This document shows, piece after piece, positions 59,991 to 64,000 of a DNA stretch of 64,000 nt. The translations under genes and the position numbers were made by a program. This DNA comes from Felis catus (Eukaryota), in NCBI RefSeq assembly GCF_018350175.1, contig NC_058368.1, positions 80,044,001 through 80,108,000 on the forward strand. Direction: 5' to 3'. The notes beneath the pieces were generated by a model, which did not search any database, was not told where the DNA came from, and worked only from the letters and a program-made list of their open reading frames with translations. The stretch's first letter is position 1. Each line of letters begins with the position of its first letter.

Positions 59991-61610
59991 ACGATTGTGT
60001 ATATATTGGAGTCATTAAAAGTTGTAAGTCCTGACTCACCGATATCGTACAGTGTGACGGGCACAAAGGAAGCCAGCCAACTAACTTCTCCGAGCCCTCT
60101 GCCACCAGTGGTCCTACGGTCACCGGCCCCAGACACAGCTGCCCAGCCCCTTTGCCTGTTTCTAGTCGTTTTACTCTTTCTTCCTTCATATATTTTATAT
60201 TTTTCTTTCTTTCACGGGGTGGAAGTCTGTTGGATGGAAAGCATTAGAGTTCATTTCTGTCGCAGAACTTCCATCAGAACAGCGGGATGCACTGGGTGAT
60301 ACAAAAATCACTAGTAGAGACAACAGTGAGGAGAGCCAGTGAAGCATCTGACTCAACAAATAAAGACATCTTTGTCTTTGCTCATTAACTTACCCAGAGG
60401 TTGTGAAATTCTCAGGTTTTTCCAACGGAGGTCAGTTTTAATTCATTATTTCAGTTCCTTAGACAGGCTCGTGTTCCCCCCAGCCCTTTGACTTTTGACC
60501 ATAAACTCGGGTCGGATAGCTTACTGCAGCTTTTTCATGGCATCGGCCTTCACAGGGCACCTGTTCCCCCAGACAGTCAGATATTTTAGAGATTGGTAAG
60601 CACCAAGACGCTGTTAGGTCCAAATTGTTGGGAATTACGGAGATGGTCGGACTGCGGTGAGAAAAGGAGAACCCACAGCTTTGGTTCCCAGAGCTCTGTC
60701 CTCAGTCCCTGCTTGAGGACATTGGCATCCCTGCCCCCCACCGCCACTCAGCACTCAGCCACCCGCTCGCCCCCCGCGGGCCTGACAGCACCAACCACGG
60801 GACCAGAGATGAGCCCCTCGCGTGCACGGTAGCGACAGCTCGCACCAAGCTGTGTGTAGCTGCTGCGTGTTTTCATGCAGCCAGGAGTTTCCCACAGTCT
60901 GCGGGTCCCCAGACTGGAGTCAAAGTATGAGTAAACAATTCTTAACCTCACAAGATTCCGTACATTCGACAATGTAAATCAAAGTGAAAGAAACCAGAGA
61001 GATGCTGAGTGAAAGGGGAAGCAGGGAAGAGTGGACGGGGGACTCTGGCAGGGGGTAGCAGGGAGCAGGTGCCCTGCGACAGTGGAAAGGTTCATTGTCT
61101 TTGGCCACTTGCTGTCAGCTCAGAGGAGCAGCGACCAAGAGATGAAGGGAAGCAGAGCCCTGGCCCCCAGGGACAGGGGTAGAAGGGCGCAGAGCAGCTA
61201 CGAGCCACAGGCGATTGACAACATCTTCTCTGTAAGGTGAGCGTCAGTCTTGCTGATAAGAGTACCTTCTATCCTGCGTTGCAGACCGTAAACCTTCCCC
61301 TTAAATGTGAGTAGCCAGGACTGCAAAATACTATGGAATTTCTTCTCTGAAATGGCTGGCTACAAGTCTGAAAAGCGGGTAGAGCAACGCAGGGCTACGG
61401 AGAGATCTTCAGTTCGGAGCGTGTGTGCTGTACGTGGTCCACGCCCGGGTTTCCGTGGCAACGTGGCCGTCACCTTTGTTCCCCGAAGATGCTCGCATGT
61501 GTGGGATCAGAACGTCGGTGCCGCTATGGCAAAGGTCTGTTCAGACCAGCTGCTGTTTCCCTGGCACTTTCTCATGGCACACTCGGTACCTTTAACAGAA
61601 ATGGCCTCCG

Positions 61611-61822
61611 GGGGCGCCTGGGTGGCTCAGTCGCTTGAGCGTCTGATTTCAGCTCAGGTCATGATCTCACTGTCTGTGAGTTCAAGCCCCGCATCAGGCT
61701 CTGTGCTGACAGCTCGGAGCCTGGAGCCTGCTTTGGATTCTGTGTCTCCCTCTCTGTCTGCCCCCTCTGCTGTCTCACTCCCTCTCTTGCTCTCTCTCAA
61801 AAGTAAATAAACATTAAAAAAA
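61611..61822 (+). mobile_element. Can-SINE
   Basis: GGGGCGCCTGGGTGGCTCAGTCG head, AATAAACATTAAAAAAA tail. Confidence 0.94.
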
Positions 61823-62599
61823 ATTAGAATCCACCTCCAATGTTTTATGAACTATCACAATCCAGAAAGGACAACGAATTATCCAGAACCAGCCAGGACA
61901 TGACCTGGGTGCTAGGCTTTTGTAATACCTGTCCACACATGGGTCTCACCTGCTTTCAAAATCGTGTGCTACTTTTAGGATGCTGTTGGAACAGTGGTGT
62001 GGTTCTGGCTCATCTGATGCTACAGTAGCTGCAGCATCTCAATTACGTGGTTATTTTCTGTAGTGAAACTAGTATTGCAGCAGGTGTAGACAGGGTCCAC
62101 CTAACTTGTAGATCACAGGTAGTGATGTGCTTTTATGTTTGTCATCATGAGAAAAACCCCGCTTCCTTTTAGCCATGGAGGTTGGCATGTCTTCAACACT
62201 CAAACATGCACTGTGTACCATCTACGAACAAGGCACTTGTCTAAGAGAAAGGGGTGCATGAGTGAACAGGGGGGTCCCCTGAACAGCAGGGGCGAAGACC
62301 CCAAAGTAAGGGTGTGCCCTGAGTGCTTAAGGGGCAGCAAGGGGAGACGCTGGTGCGAGGCCAGGTCCAACAGTAAAGGTCAGGGGCGGCGAGAAGATTG
62401 TGTCCAAGTCTTAGGGAAATGAGAAACCATTTGAGGGATGTCCTTAGAGAAGTCATGTAACTTATAACTCAAGTCACAGAGCTCTTCATATGGGGAGGCT
62501 GGTGAGGTTCATGTTTTGGTGATCTAGTCTACTCAAAGAAAATACCATGAAATAGTAGATTATACACAGCCGTAGTTGGAAACTAGAACTTGAAAACCA

Positions 62600-62718
62600 A
62601 AGTATTCGTTTGACACACAGCGATTACATACCTACCACACACCAGGTCCCGTCTTGGCACCGGGAATACAGAAGTAAACAAAGCAATCAATATCCCTAAT
62701 CTTTTGGAGCTTTCTAGC
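62600..62718 (-). mobile_element. L2 LINE 3' fragment
   Basis: TACCTACCAC..CCAGG..TTGGCACCGGGAATACAGAAGTAAACAAAG..TCCCT..TGGAGCTTTCTAG resembles an antisense L2 terminus. Confidence 0.55.
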
Positions 62719-62724
62719 CCCGTG

Positions 62725-62895
62725 ATCTCCAAAACAACTTTCTGCAGAGATGGAAATGTTCTATATCTATGCTGTCCATCCTGGCTACTTGAGCATTTAA
62801 AATGTAGTTAGAGAAATTTTAGATTTTATTTAATTTTAGTTAACAAAACTTCAAATTGAATAGCTCCCATGGCTTCCATATTGAAGATCACAGTT
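62725..62895. mobile_element. MER3-like hAT-Charlie DNA transposon relic
   Basis: AACTTTCTGCAGAGATGGAAATGTTCTATATCTATGCTGTCCA..GGCTACTTGAGCATTTAAAATG..TTTTATTTAATTTTA. Confidence 0.75.
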
Positions 62896-64000
62896 CTAGG
62901 GAGTACGGAGGTGGAGAGTAGGAGAGACAATGAACTCACTGTGAATCTATAGGAATGTTCTAGATATCAAATCCTAGACAAAAATAAAGCACAATATAAA
63001 GTCAGGGTTTTGTGAAAGTAAGACCAAGATTGCAACTTGCTTATATCTTACTAAAAGCATGTTATCTCAAAAATATAGAGACCCATGAGCAGGGCACATT
63101 GGAAGTGGTGTCTGAACTGAACATGATTCATCACATCCTCGACCTTGCCCACAGCCTCAGGGAAACCTGCATTTCCAGCGTGAGCTCTGGTCAGGGCCTC
63201 CGCTTCTAGAAACTCCTTGTCTAGCTGCTTTGGTACAGGAGACCTTTGCTCACCCAGCCCTCAGCTTTGGAACATCAGGCTATTCTCGCTGTCTTTCTGG
63301 CAAGATCAAGTAAGCATTTTCTTAAAGCAGGGCTTTCAGTAAACTGTGTGGAAACGCATTAGTGGTGCAGCTGGAGAAGAGAGATACGGTTACATGGCTC
63401 AGGCCCACTCCCCATTTTACCTGGCCCAAGATGGTAATTGTTTCATTTTGCAAGGACCATTATGACAGGTAGTCAGGATTTGACAGAAAACAGGCCCGTT
63501 GGGAGCTCATCCAAAAGGAAGAATACATTATTCAGATCCTAAAAAGACAAAATTTAATACCGCCTTGCTGAATGGATTCAGAGAACATCATTCTGGACAG
63601 AATCTCCTGGTTGAAAGTCAGTGCTTAGAGAAAACACATGTTTTCATCACCATCGAAATCATCATGGTCTTTATCCCCAGGACAAACTACCCTGGGTTGT
63701 TTCCTACCAGTAAAATATGTTGTTAAATAATAGGAACCATGAAAGTCACTGGTGAAAATTAACCACAGTGGTCGTGGCCTAGCATTTATCCACCTCAACA
63801 GAAATGGCCATGATACAACTGCTGATGGGGAGCAGATACTTGACAGATGATGGAGTCAGCAGAGAACACATTTGCAAGCAGGAGTGGTACATGTTCAGTG
63901 ATGAATAATGAAGCATTGGCCCATCGGATGTCTTTAGTACCTGAGTGCAAAGGAAGAATTGTAAAGGTCTTCCTACTTGATTCATCCATTTCTCCCTCTT

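Overview
Mammalian genomic DNA from a carnivore, almost certainly a felid: tRNA-derived Can-SINEs of SINEC_Fc type and a cat-type L1 3' end are present. The window holds the head-to-head 5' ends of the basement-membrane collagen genes COL4A1 and COL4A2. COL4A1 is on the minus strand; only exon 1 (CDS 8725-8808) and 8.7 kb of intron 1 are present. COL4A2 is on the plus strand, with non-coding exon 1 (~9080-9292), exon 2 (9598-9685, ATG at 9642), exon 3 (9808-9862), a 45.7-kb intron 3, exon 4 (55554-55634) and the start of intron 4. The two genes share a TATA-less bidirectional promoter of ~125 bp inside a CpG island. The rest is intronic: about 16 Can-SINEs, old L1MB/MC/ME fragments, MIR/L2, one MLT1A solo LTR, MER DNA-transposon relics and microsatellites. 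The other ORFs in the six-frame track look spurious. I found no novel protein-coding system. The best second-look items are: an L1 fragment and a SINE stacked in the same target site (three TSD copies); a perfect five-unit heat-shock element in intron 3; an old L1MB that has gained CpGs (likely GC-biased gene conversion); several closely spaced inverted SINE pairs, one bracketing in-frame exon 4; a spliced uORF in the COL4A2 leader; loss of the CCAAT box in the shared promoter; and the apparent orthologue of the human MIR8073 locus with a diverged mature arm. Repeat family names and human comparisons come from my recall of consensus sequences and need computational confirmation.
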